In this document: one piece after another, positions 25,956-38,400 of the stretch
Layout: each line of letters opens with the position of its first letter
Numbering within the stretch: position 1 is the stretch's first letter
DNA from: Proteromonas lacertae
Lineage: Eukaryota
NCBI GenBank assembly: GCA_002245135.1
Contig: NGBS01000018.1
Location: 62,001-126,000, forward strand
DNA: 64,000 nucleotides
Direction: 5' to 3'
Program-made: the position numbers and the translations under genes
The notes under the pieces: generated by a model
Seen by the model: the letters and a program-made list of their open reading frames with translations, nothing else
Databases searched by the model: none
What the model was told of the DNA's origin: nothing

Positions 25956-28142
25956 TTACTTAGATTCAACTTCTTCAACTGGCGCACCTATTGGAATAGA
26001 TACTTGTTCTTCTATAGTTGTATAAGCAATTGTGTAAGGATTAACAGTTCCTTCATAAAGTGAATATACTTCATTTTTGTGTTGTTCAAAGAATTGATGC
26101 TTCCTTTTCATATAATCTCTAAAACCTTCAAGTTGTTTCAATTCTGCAACAGCATCACTATAAACCTTCTGTTTCTTCTCTCTTTGATCAATTTCCTTGT
26201 ATTTATCAATAAATTGTTTTAAATTATTGATAATGTCTTTTCTATGTTCTTCAGTCAACAATGACTTCATTCTTGGTCTCCACACAAACTCATAGAATTT
26301 TTTACCAATATTTCTATACATCTCTTTACCTTGGAAAGTCCATAATATATATCCATTCTCTAATGCTGATCTTTCTATCTTTTCATCGCTAAACATAGGT
26401 ATTGTAGCTAAACTAGCAACAATTCTTCCACTTGGATCCCATCTAACATCATTACATTGGAAATGTTCAGATTGTTTGTTTGATCTTTTTCATCAGATTC
26501 AAAAAATTCTAAAGCACCATTCATTGATCCAAATCCAGCTAATACCATATAATTACCTTGTGGAGACCAGAATATTTTATTACAAAGCTTTTTATCCATT
26601 GAAAAATATAAATTACAATGTCTAGAAGAATCTTCATTCATTTTATACAAAGTAACTGTGTTTGAATTTTGAGTAGTTGATTTTGATAATATTAATGCTA
26701 ATCTATTACCATGTGGTTCCCATGATAAATCTACTATTCTATCTTGAATATCAATCACTTCATTCGGTATATCTTTTAAATTCATATAATAGATTTGTAA
26801 TGATGTAGTTTTTGCTTTTTTACTCTTGTTTGTTCTAGTGATTTTTGCTAAGAAATAAGTTCCTTGAGGATGCCAGAATAACTCCATATCTATAGCTCTA
26901 GTTGAACTTCCACTCTGTAATATTGTTTTAGTTGGAATATTAATCATATTGATTTGAGCTGGTTTATTGTTAACTTCTGGTAACCAATAGGCAATTACAT
27001 TTTGATTTGGACTCCATTCGAAGTCTTTTACACCAGGAATACCGATTACTTTTTCATCTAAAAGTGTAACGGATGGTAACGAGTAAACTCCAATACAATT
27101 TCTACCTAAAACGGCTAAATATTTAGAATCATAACTCCACTTATAAACAGGCCATAATTTGTTTGTGTTATTTATTCTATTGTTATTATAATTGTTATTA
27201 TTATTATTATTTAATAAATCATTATTTGGATAAGCGAATTTATGTATTGCTACACCAGTACGAATGTTCCATAATATTATAGAATCGGAGGCAGTTTTAT
27301 CTGTATTTCCATTCCAAGTTAAAATATAATGTTCATCTGGAGAAAACAATAATTTCTCTACATTTTCATGTGCTAATCTGATTAATCTCTTATATTCTTT
27401 ACCTCCCCATAATAACAAGCCTTGTTTGTGGAATGTGACAAAGTAATTACCCAAAGGTGACCAATCTACATTCATTTCACACCATGTCTTGTTTTGATCC
27501 TTAGTTTCATCACTTCCATCATAGTCTAATACTGGCTGTACTTAAGGCAATATCATTCCAATAGATCTCTGTTCTATCTGCCACTCTAATTGCGAATTCA
27601 TCTCTGCCTTTTGAATCAGATAACCACTCTTGCAAATTTGCACTATATTATTAATTATAACAAAGAATTATACTCATATATAGTCTTAAGATTTTGATAA
27701 GAAGGCCATTCTTCCATTGAGGGCACTTTGTCTAATAATTTCTTTCCAATCACTGATCTAATTTGGTCAAATAAGAATGCATTTAATTTGTGAGATTTAT
27801 CGAAATCCCAACCATTCATTGAAGTAACAGCTGCTTTTGCATCATTTCTATCGATATATGTAATGAATAAAACACTATACAATGATAAATAAATATTTCA
27901 TACCCTGTAGTTATATTTGTCTCTTTATCTTTTGGCATATATAAAGAACCTTCTACAAATTTTCCAAATTTTGTAAATACTTTTGCTAGTAAAACAGCTT
28001 TAAGTCTTTCAACTTTAGTTTCATCAACACGAGGTAGGTTTGTAACAACAATGGTGCCAGATACATCTGTTATTTTAGTCAATTCATCAGGCTTGAGGAA
28101 ATCAGATAGTTCACTCAAATAATTACGGATTTTGCCTTCCAT
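25956..28142 (-). CDS. EIF3B: Translation initiation factor eIF3 subunit b (RRM + WD-like propeller); two frame breaks in this sequence
   Basis: IVVTNLP.V...K..RL, WSPLGNYFVTFHKQGLLLWGG, LAGFGSMNGALEFF, EHFQCNDVRWDPSGR, ENGYILWTFQG, FVWRPR. Introns of 29 and 31 nt. Confidence 0.93.
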
Positions 28143-28241
28143 ATCAACAGATAAAAAGAAATGCAAAACAAAGCTTGATTAATAAGCTTGTTATCAAGTC
28201 AAGCTTTTTCAAACAGTTTTTAAAACAATAAAAATATCTCA

Positions 28242-31108
28242 ATGAGTAGGAGATATCCATACAGATTAAAAGCTCCAGATGGTTTTAGTGAACTGTTAGA
28301 AAACATACAAAACCTTCACTTCTTCATTGTTCAAGAAAATGGACCAACTTGCTTTATTATAAAAGAAGAAGGTTCAGGTAAGAAATATAAAGTTACAATT
28401 GGTGATATACAAACCTGTTCATGTCATGCTAAAGACATATGTTGTCACATTCTCTTTGTGATGATTAAAGTGTTGAGAGTTCCTCAAGATAATCCTTTAA
28501 TATGGCAATTATCACTGGTAGATTCCGAAGTACAACAAATATTACAAGGTAGATTTCGTAGAGTAGTAGAATCTCATCCTCCAGTTAGAAGAACAGTAAA
28601 AGAAGATGAAAAATCTGATGAAAATAAATTATCCAATGAGGTACCTCGAAAAGCAATAGAAGATGACGAGCCATGTCCAATATGTCAAGAAGATATGAAA
28701 GATGATATCAATGCCACAACTTGGTGTAAAGTTAGTTGTGGTAATAGTATGCATATTAAGTGTATGATAGTATGGGCTGAACATAGGATTAGTTTAGGTG
28801 AAAATGTGACATGTCCCTTATGTCGAGCAGATTGGGGTGTGAATGCCTTAAGAGAGTTGAAATCCATTAAAACTACTAATAAAAAGAAGAAGAAGAATGA
28901 AGGTAATTATAATATGTATAATATTATGTGTAATTCATGCCATATCAATCCAATTTTTAACTCATTATTTAAATGTCTATTTTGCAATGTATATATTTTT
29001 TCTTTATTTTTTTTAACCTTTAATAGGATTATCATTTATGTCTTAGATGTTTTCAAAAAGACAGTCACAGAATTCATCCCTTCATTGTACAAAATGGAAG
29101 AGGAGAACCGTGGAAACCAGCCTTTAGAAATCAAACCATACCACAAGCCATATTAGAATTACAGAATCGAGAAATATCTGTTGAAGATTATAACAACTTG
29201 TTATTATTAGATGCACCACCAATGTCTTATCATGAATATCTTGTTAACTGTTTACCAAAAAAACACTTAGTAAATGAAATGAAGTGTTTATATTGTAATA
29301 ATAAAATGAATGTTAATATTGAATATCATGAGATTAGTGGATGTCATCATATATTCCATGATGCGTGTCTTTTAGAGATTGTTAGAGCAGGAAATGAATG
29401 TCCATTAGACCATACTGTTATATTCAATGGAAGAAAGAAAAAAGAGAAGAAAAAACCTGTTGTAAAAGATGAAGATTTATATAATTCAAAACCATTAGAA
29501 ATAGATACAAAACGCTCCAAAACTGGTAAAATAATAAAAATTGAAGATGTCAGCAGTAGGAGTAGGAATAGAAATAGAAGAGATAATAGTAATCCATTAT
29601 TACCACCTTCACCATTTGCTATTGCTGGTAAGAATATATCTATTAATAATAATATTAATCGTTCAGAAGTTCCACCATTGCCACCACTCAATGGAACACA
29701 ACGTAATAATAATAAACGAATTAATAATTCAGCACCACCATCTAATACAATGAATCATGAAGAAAAAAATGATGATAAAGAAAAAGATAATCATTTTGGA
29801 TTTAATACAAATCAAAATAATAACAAAGTTAAACATAATAGTATAGCAGATATTAATCTAAGAAGAGCCAAAATTGCACAAAGATTCTTACCTCAAAGAC
29901 ATGAAAGAGTTCAACCTGACATTAATAACTTATTTATTGGTAAAGAAACAACATCAGAAGATGAGATTGAAAGTGAAGATGATAATATTATTATAGTCAA
30001 TAATAATAATATACGTAATAGAAATAGGCTGAAAAAGACAAAAATACATAATAGTAATTCTAATTATTATTTACATCAACAGCAACAAGAACCTCCACCT
30101 GATTTAATAGTTGGATCAACTCCATTAAGTATTGAAGATAGTAAAAGTATAACAAGAAGAAGGAATAAGAGAATTAATATGGAAAATAATGCTGTAAATA
30201 ATGCAATTGATATTATTAATCCACCATCATCTCCTCCTCATTCTCCGCTAAATGATACAATTGCATCAATTCCACCACAATCACCAATCATTAATAGAAA
30301 TGAAAATGAAAATGAAAATGAAGAAGAAAGTATTATTTATAGTAATATTAGAGCAAAACCTGACTTTTATACTGGTATATTGAATGATAATACTGTTCCA
30401 GTAGATCCGAATATAATAAATGAATCATTAATAGGTTCTTTTGTAAATATACCAACTCCTCAACCACTCAATAGAAATATAAAGAGAGAGATTCATTCAC
30501 CTATTGTTCAACCAATTGATTTTCGTACAAATATACAGTCAACTCCATCCAATAATACAACTTCTTTTGATATTGATGCTTTGCAGATTAATACAATAAC
30601 AAATACTGAGTATACTAATGTTAATAAAGAAATACAAAGAAATATAAAACCAATTCATGTATTGGGTTTATTGAATGATAATGTACAACCAGTTGATCCT
30701 GATATTACTGATTTTGAATTGAGATCTGATTTACATTTATCACCAAAACGTGAAACAAGAAATACTACTTCATCACCAACATTTCAAGTAGAACAAACAA
30801 ATATTAATGTAAATTTAAATACATCAGACTATCCAGAACATTTAATAATAGGAAATTCAAGAAACATACAATATAATGAAGAAGAAAATGGAAATAATGA
30901 AGATGATGTTGAGATAGAAAACTTAATAAAACGAAATGCTCGATTATATAGAGAGAATGGTTTATTGAATGATAATGTACAGCCAGTTGACCCTGATATT
31001 ACTGATTTTGAGCTAAGATCCGATAGTCATTCAAATCCAGATAGTGTAAATAGTAGATTATTGAATAGATTGTATAGATATCCATCAACTGCAACTGGAA
31101 GTAATTAA
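28242..31108 (+). CDS. ZSWIM2-like E3 ubiquitin ligase (SWIM-RING-ZZ-RING) with long low-complexity tail
   Basis: SWIM CSC...CCHILFV; RING CPICQE...CGNSMHIKC...CPLCR; ZZ-like CNSC...KCLFC|DYHLCLRCF; LQNREISVEDY..LLLLD; second RING CHHIFHDAC...CPLD. One intron at ~28989-29026. Confidence 0.8.
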
Positions 31109-31398
31109 TTTAATAATTATTTAATTAGTGGAAATTATATGAACTTTCTTTACTTTGATTAGATTTATTCTTATCGAATATTCGTATATCATCTATAATA
31201 TAATGAACTGATCTTTATTTTGTGAAATAAACTCAAAAATCTATTTCAAACATTCAACACATGTTAGATGGTCAAAGATCAAAAATAATTTCATCAGCTT
31301 TTATCCAATTATATTTCAAATCAATGATTTCTAAAAATCATTCATTCCATTATTTCTTGAATTTTTAGTATTCATCCAATCTCTCAAAATCTTCAATC

Positions 31399-31812
31399 AT
31401 GGGTCAAGAACCAGCAGCTGCATCAAAGAAAGCCGTAAAGAATGTAAAGAAAGTCGCCACAAACAAAGATGGTAAAAAAAGACACGCCAGAAGAATAGAA
31501 ACCTATTCTTCTTACATTTTCAAAGTATTGAAACAAGTCCATCCTGAATGTGGTATATCAAAGAAAGGAATGTCTGTAATGAATTCTTTTGTAAGTGATA
31601 TATTCGAAAGAATCTGTGGTGAAGCAGGTCAATTATGTCGATACAACAAGAAGCACACTTTAAGTAGTCGTGAAATCCAAAGTGCTGTAAGATTAGTTTT
31701 ACCAGGTGAATTAGCGAAGCATGCTGTATCAGAAGGTACAAAATCCGTAACAAAATACAACAGTTTAGTTACTAGTGCTACAGGTAAAGCTGCTCCCGAA
31801 AAGAAAGAGTAA
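31399..31812 (+). CDS. H2B: Histone H2B (copy 1)
   Basis: [58 protein letters not shown]; intronless. Confidence 0.97.
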   Translation: MGQEPAAASKKAVKNVKKVATNKDGKKRHARRIETYSSYIFKVLKQVHPECGISKKGMSVMNSFVSDIFERICGEAGQLCRYNKKHTLSSREIQSAVRLVLPGELAKHAVSEGTKSVTKYNSLVTSATGKAAPEKKE

Positions 31813-31847
31813 ATAAATGAATTTACTTTTAAAGAAGTTTAAAACCA

Positions 31848-31863
31848 GGTGCTTTTTAGCACC
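31848..31863 (+). promoter_or_regulatory. Histone mRNA 3' stem-loop
   Basis: GGTGCT-TTTT-AGCACC (6-bp stem, 4-nt loop) 35 nt after the H2B stop, with A/C-rich flanks (AAAACCA / ACA). Confidence 0.85.
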
Positions 31864-31927
31864 ACATATATAATTTAAGAGATTTATTATGTAATTATAA
31901 ATGAAATAACAATTATGGATTTAAATT

Positions 31928-32293
31928 TATCCAACAACGATCAGTCATACATATGAACCAGTGATTCATGTTTCCACAATAAAACAAACCTGTCAGTTAG
32001 TAAAAATGTCTCAAGATGTATTACGAAGTGGAGATAAAGCTATTTGTTGGTTTAAATTCAAATATCATCCACAGTATATTAGAGTTGGTGATCCATTAAT
32101 CTTAGCAGAAGGAGCAACTCGTGGTATGGGTGTAATTACGAAGGTTTTACCAAAGAGTTATTTATCAGAGCTTAATGCGATAGATAGCCATAAGGTTATT
32201 AGTGAAATGAGTGAGAATCGTTTAAAAGCAGATAAACGTATTATTGGAATTTGCCATGCTGATAAAGATGTGAAAAAAGATGTTACAACTTAA
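31928..32293 (+). pseudogene. 5'-truncated fragment of GTPBP1/2-like translational GTPase (domain III only)
   Basis: YPTTISHTYEPVIHVSTIKQT...LRSGDKAICWFKFKYHPQYI...EGATRGMGVITKV. In-frame stop at 31922; no G-domain upstream, where the H2B repeat lies instead. Confidence 0.7.
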
Positions 32294-32540
32294 TTTGGTT
32301 ATTTTAACAGTTTATTTCATTGTTAATAGTTGGTTAAAATAATTTAAATAAGTTTATTATATTCTATATAATTGACAATATTTTGTTAAGATTCTGATAT
32401 TAAATAATAATATATATTGCAATCTTATAAAATATATTAATATTATCGTATAATTATAATTGCTTTTAAGTATAAAATAGATTTATATTATTATCAAAAC
32501 TTGATTCCTGTTAGATATACTTTTTTCTTTTTTTGCTATT

Positions 32541-33441
32541 ATGAGTGATTTTAATCCAGATGATTAGATTTTAAAACAAATCCACATTTTTCATAGACAT
32601 GGAGATAGATCTACAGCATCATCAGCAGCTAAAAATGAAGAGCAGAATAAATTAGAAATAGAATCATGGAAACCTCATTTACTTGATGTTGAAACAAGAA
32701 ATAGATTAATCAAGTTATTTTCAAATTGTGGAAATAAACTACCAGAGAGTAGTGAAGAAAAAGTATTTGGTAAGTTGGCAAAGAATGGTTTAAATAGTTT
32801 GATAGAATTAGGTAAAGAGCTAGTATAGCAATATATGATATATAATTAGAATGAACATTACGTTCAAACCAACTTTCTTCATTTACCTCTACAAGAAAAA
32901 GAAGTGAAGTGTTATTCTACACATTTTCAACGTACATATGAAAGTGTACAAGGAGTACTGTATGGATTACTATCACTTGATGATAGTGTAGTAGATAGAG
33001 AAAAATGGTTTCCAAAAATAAAAGTTATGAATCCAAATCCACAGCAATTGAATCGTATAATATATATTAGTTATTATTGTTACTATAGCTGTTGACTCAG
33101 TATTTTGGAAATTAGAAGCAAGTCCTGATCTTCAAGAGAAGATACATGAATTCACAACAAAATGTGATGATATAGTCTCAGAAATAAAAGAATATTTAAA
33201 ATCTCATGGAAAATATGATTCTATAATTCATTACTACAGTAATAGTCTATATAATATACCAATTCAAAAGGAATTGGAACCTTACAAAGATATAGTAATT
33301 GATGAATGTTCTCGTTCATTCTGTTTGACTTATCAAAATCCAAAAATAGCGAAATATACAATTGAATTCTATTTGACAAAAATATACTACAGTATGTTGA
33401 ATATGAAACATAATTTTAATACTCTTGCAAATAGTATATAA
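32541..33441 (+). pseudogene. Histidine acid phosphatase relic (3'-truncated, early in-frame stop)
   Basis: HRHGDRS motif, GKL..NG...L.ELG, STHFQRTYES. TAG at codon 9 (32565-32567); two introns; ends before the HD motif. Confidence 0.75.
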
Positions 33442-33811
33442 GGATCATCTATTTATCATTAACATTATAATAATTAATACTATATTCCTTTTTTCCTAAA
33501 GATATCAACTCATCCTTTATTTCATTGTTATAATACGTACCAATGAAACTTTTATAGTCAGTTAATCCTAAATTTAATGTTAGTTCATTCTTTGCTTCAT
33601 CATAATCTGAACCATGTATTCTGAATTTCGTTCCATTAAATAATTTTGGATTTATTTCCAGTTTCTAATCGTTATAAACTATTAATACTTGATTCCATAT
33701 ATTATCAATTGAGCTTTTTATCCTTTCATTCCAATGATCCACTATATCGAATTCTTTCGAGAACCTTATTCTAACATTTTCTGATTTTAGCATTTTTACA
33801 GCTTTTAACAT
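33425..33811 (-). pseudogene. NUDT22-like Nudix hydrolase, N-terminal half only
   Basis: Spliced IDNIWNQ|KLEINPKLFNGTKFRIH...LTLNLGLTDYKSFIGT...GKKEY|NDPYILFA resembles the NUDT22 N-terminus (WLFDAPKFRL...LGLTSYRDFLGT). No Nudix box follows. Confidence 0.65.
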
Positions 33812-33881
33812 ACAGAAAAATGAAAATACTAACAAGGTAATTAATAGTGTAATTGACACTAAAAGTGTAATAATAGAAATT

Positions 33882-35107
33882 ATGTCTGTATAGAAGTCTA
33901 TAAGTAATATATAATGAATAGAATTCCCATGGATTAACTGATGAGCAGTTAGCGATACTATTAAGTGTATTTATCAACTACATTCTTTTTATCTTAATTA
34001 GAAATAAATAATCCATCAGAACCACAAGATGAAATACAGATGGTTGTTGATAAATCAAAAGAAGATATAGTTCTACCAATAACTAACGAGAATATGTATT
34101 TGCATGATCCTTCATTTGAAATGATTGATCCTACTCCAGACATATATGCTCTATTTCAAGAATTCAATAAAACTTTCTTTTATGGTAAATTAGATTCTGT
34201 AGAAGTAAAATGGAGTAAAAGAATGACCAGTTGTGCTGGAATATGTTATTACAATCGTGGTTATTGTAGTGTGAGATTAAGCATTCCATTACTTCAATAT
34301 CGACCTAGAAGTGATTTAATTGACACATTATTAGTATTTTCTCAATATTTGTAATCATAATAGCATGAAATGATCCATGCATATTTATTTGTAACACATC
34401 AGAATAGAGATCGTCATGGACATGGTGATGAATTCCAAAAACACATGAAAAGAATAAATGAAAAAGCTCATACTCATATAACAATATATCACTCATTTTT
34501 TGATGAATATAATAAGTATATTTCTTCACAATTTATAAAGATAAATAGTTGTCATCAGCATTGGTGGAAATGTGATGGAATATGTAGTAAAAAACCTCCA
34601 TATTATGGCTTAGTGAAAAGATCAATCAACAGACCACCTGGACCTCATGATTACTGGTTTTCATCACATGAAAAGACGTGTGGAGGAACATTTCATAAAA
34701 TTAGAGAACCAGAAAATAATAATAATAATAATAAAAAGAAGAAGAAGCAAAATAGTAAGAAAACTATTAAACGGAAAGAAAATGATAATCAACGAAGTAT
34801 ATCTTCATTTATAATAAGTGATAAAAACAAAGAAAATAATAAAACTGAATTAAATGCTGTTTCAAGTGAAGAATCTGAAGATTCTGATTATGAAGAATAT
34901 ATTAAAAATGAAAAAACAATTCAATGTTCACTTCCTACTGTTGATAAAATAAAAAATGATAAAAGAAATGAAAATAGTATAATAGTTATAGATGAAAGTG
35001 ATGATGAAGATGATAAAGAAGTAATAAATAAAAAGAGAAATGATTTAGATGGAATGAAAGATCCATTTCATGTATTGGAAGCAAGAAAATTAAGAAAACT
35101 AGAATGA
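33882..35107 (+). CDS. SPRTN: Spartan/SprT-like DNA-protein-crosslink metalloprotease
   Basis: DPTPDIYALFQEFN, VKWSKRMTSCAGIC, LL|HEMIHAYLF, HGDEFQKHMKRIN, HWWKCDGIC...PPYYGLVKR...HEKTCGGTFHKI. Four short introns. Confidence 0.9.
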
Positions 35108-35477
35108 ATAACTTCTTGTTAAAAATTATTTTTGATTTAGTTAATTCTTTAATACCAATATCTGATAAAGAGAGTTAAGATTTATGTTAGAAGATATACA
35201 ACTATTAAATATCATCTATCCAATTCGATTTATTAGTCAAATATCATTAAAAAATAAAAACATATAACAGCCCAATTCAATTCGATATATTAATACCTCT
35301 TATTTCTTTTTACATCGCTATAAAAATGAAATACAAAATAAATATAAATTACACAAATCATTGGTTGATAGTTGGCGTGATTTTATTGGTTATTCATTCA
35401 AATAGAATTATCGTTTATATCTCACTTATTAATCAAGGCAGAGTATATATTGTTATAGATTCTTATTAATTAGGTAA

Positions 35478-38400
35478 ATGAGTAATTATTTAAGCTATTT
35501 GTGGGGAAGAGGTTATGATGATGACTCAGTTGGTTTTCTTAGTGGAAGTGTGAAAAGGAGAGGATTATTTGATTTTTTTCATGTAAAAAAAAGACCAAAG
35601 ATAGTGGAAGATGATAATTTTGTTAAAATTATCAACAGTTTAAAAGCTGTAAAACATGATATACTTAATGAAGATGATGAAGTTGTTAAAAGTTTGATAT
35701 ATTTAGAATATACAGATGAAAATGTCAACGTCTTTCAATTCCCAAAGAAGAGAATTTACATCCGAGATTGTTATTATGATATGTTTGGAAAAATTTGTAA
35801 AATAATGTCATGTAGAACAGGTATATCCAGAATAATAATTACTGGTCAGCCAGGTATTGGTAAAACATCATTTATTTATGTTTTACTATTCTTCTTAAAG
35901 AACAATTTATTTCACAATTTTGGTAAAAAAGAAAAAGATTTGTTGAAGAAAAAAGAGTTAATTTTAGAACAAGAAGATGTTGAAAGAGTGAAGATTGAAG
36001 TATATAATGAAATGGAAAATAGAGAAAAGTTACTGAAGGATGAAATAAACAAACTTGAAAGTGATATTCAAGCAAATTTACAATTGATTAATAGATATGA
36101 AGAAGAAATCAAATTCTATTATAAGCATCTCAAAGGTATAATAGATGGTGATTATGGTGGTGTAAAACCTGAGAATTTTTATAAACAATCTGGAAATATA
36201 TATTCATTCACTCTCTTTAATGAAACAATAGTAATTGATAGATCAAAAGAAGAAGAAGAAAATGGTTTAAGTGATATAAGAAATAGTATTTGTGGTAATA
36301 TTGATAAGATAATGAATGAAATTGGAGGAACAATTGATGATATTGTTGGTGCAAGGCACAAGAATAGATAGAAACAAAATTTCAACTTTTAAAGGATCAC
36401 TTCATAATAAAAATCATCGTCAGTATGATAAATATATAAATGCATATGTAGCATCATCAATAATTAGAAATAATATTAATGAGATTGGTAATCTAAGTCA
36501 TTCAATAGATTCAAAAAAGTATAGAAAGATGGAGTGTGTAGATGAAATCAACAAAATGAAAAAAGAAGAGAAGGAAATGTAAATAGATGATATGGATATA
36601 AAAGCAATAGATGAAAAGAAGCATGATAAAATGAGAGAGTTGGGATTTAATTATTATATATTAGATGATAAGGTATGGAAAAGAGATAATAAAATTAGAG
36701 ATATTTATATAGTAAAAGGAAAGAGATATGGTGCTGATAAGGATAGGAAGATATATTTATTTGAAAATGGTAATCTCTGTAAAGTGGATTTTAAAGAAAA
36801 TGATATTAAGAATTCAATAATAATAGTTGACACTTTTAATTGTGAATTTCATTTCAGCAACATAATAATTTCAATAAGTTCCCCTGATCATGAAAATAAT
36901 GATGAATATAAAACGATACATAAAAAATATATAGAATTATATTTTGATTCTTTGAATGACACAGAAATATTAGAATGGTTTAAATACTGTATTGGTTTTG
37001 ATATTCCTAATGGTATTGGTGTTGAATTTAAAGAAATATGCAAAAAGTATGGTAATATACCCAGGCAAATATATTACCATTATTTACACAAAAGAAACTA
37101 CTAATAAAGATTATTGGGAATATTATAAGCAGTTGATAGAAAGTGTAGTAGGAACGACAGGTTATAGTGAATTTGTACAACAATTATATGAAGAAAGATC
37201 ATTTGATAAATAATGATTTATCCAATATAATATTAAAATATGATATGAAATTAGAATGGAATTATCATTTAGATAATTTTATATTAAAACCGAAAGAAAA
37301 ACTAAAATTCATTTCTGATGCTATTGAAGAATATATTCTTTTCAAATTCTATCCACCAAAGAATGAGATAGATTATTATAAAGCAAATGAAAAGTATGAA
37401 TCAATTGGTCATGATAGATATATAAAAAGAATGGCATTAAAACAAATCATAGCATATGAATTAAGTACTGAAATTAAGATTAGAAGTAATCCAAATTTTA
37501 AATTAAACAATCAAAAGAAAGTGTATGTTCATTATCCTCCAAATGCATCACATTTTGTTTATTACATATTGGATGAAAATAATTTCTTTGATTTGATAAT
37601 GAATGGAATATTTATAAAAGTATTATTAGCTGGTGAGATATTAGATATTGATGAAACCAAAATTAGAGAATCAATAAAAGTATGAATATACTATATATTT
37701 ATAATAAATAGGAATACAGTAGAGATTAAAAGTGGTGATTTTTCATATTGTGTAATAAGAGAAAAGACAATATGTCATTATGATCCTAGTTTAAATATTC
37801 CACAACCTCAATTGCCACAACAACAACCTCAATTACCTCAACAACAACCTCAACAACAACCATTGCTATATCAAACATTATTCAAATTACCTAAATTCCT
37901 ATTCCAACAATTTTTACCTCAACAATTATTATTATCATCATCATTAGAAGAAGAAGAAGAAGAAATATCAAAAGAAGATGATTTTGATGTGTATGATAAT
38001 GGTGAAGATTTGTTATTAATGAGAAAATGCTTCAATGATATGATTGATCTTATTTATCCTAAAGATTTAAAAATGGAATATCAAAGCAATTTTCTGATAT
38101 TTGGACATCAAAGAATTGGTAAAACAAAATTAGCTGAAATTATTATAAACAAAATTCATGAAAAGAATAAAGATATTCGAATAGAATTTAGACGGAAAAT
38201 AGGAGAACATAATATCATTAAATATAATTATTTTGAGGATGAACGTAGATATCTTCATCATCCATATATTATTGTTTCTGACGGAGCAGTAATTGGAGAA
38301 GATGATTATGCTGATGCAAAGATGATTATAATGTTGGTAATGCATGTGAAAAGAAGTGTAAAACATTCAAAGTAAAAGATGTGCATGGTAATGTATATAC

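Larger units (their letters stand above)
31180..31888 (+). repeat. Left arm of ~700-bp inverted repeat (H2B unit: upstream region, CDS, 3' stem-loop)
   Basis: Near-identical to the reverse complement of 39340-40035 from ATTCGTATATC to GATTTATT. Confidence 0.95.
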
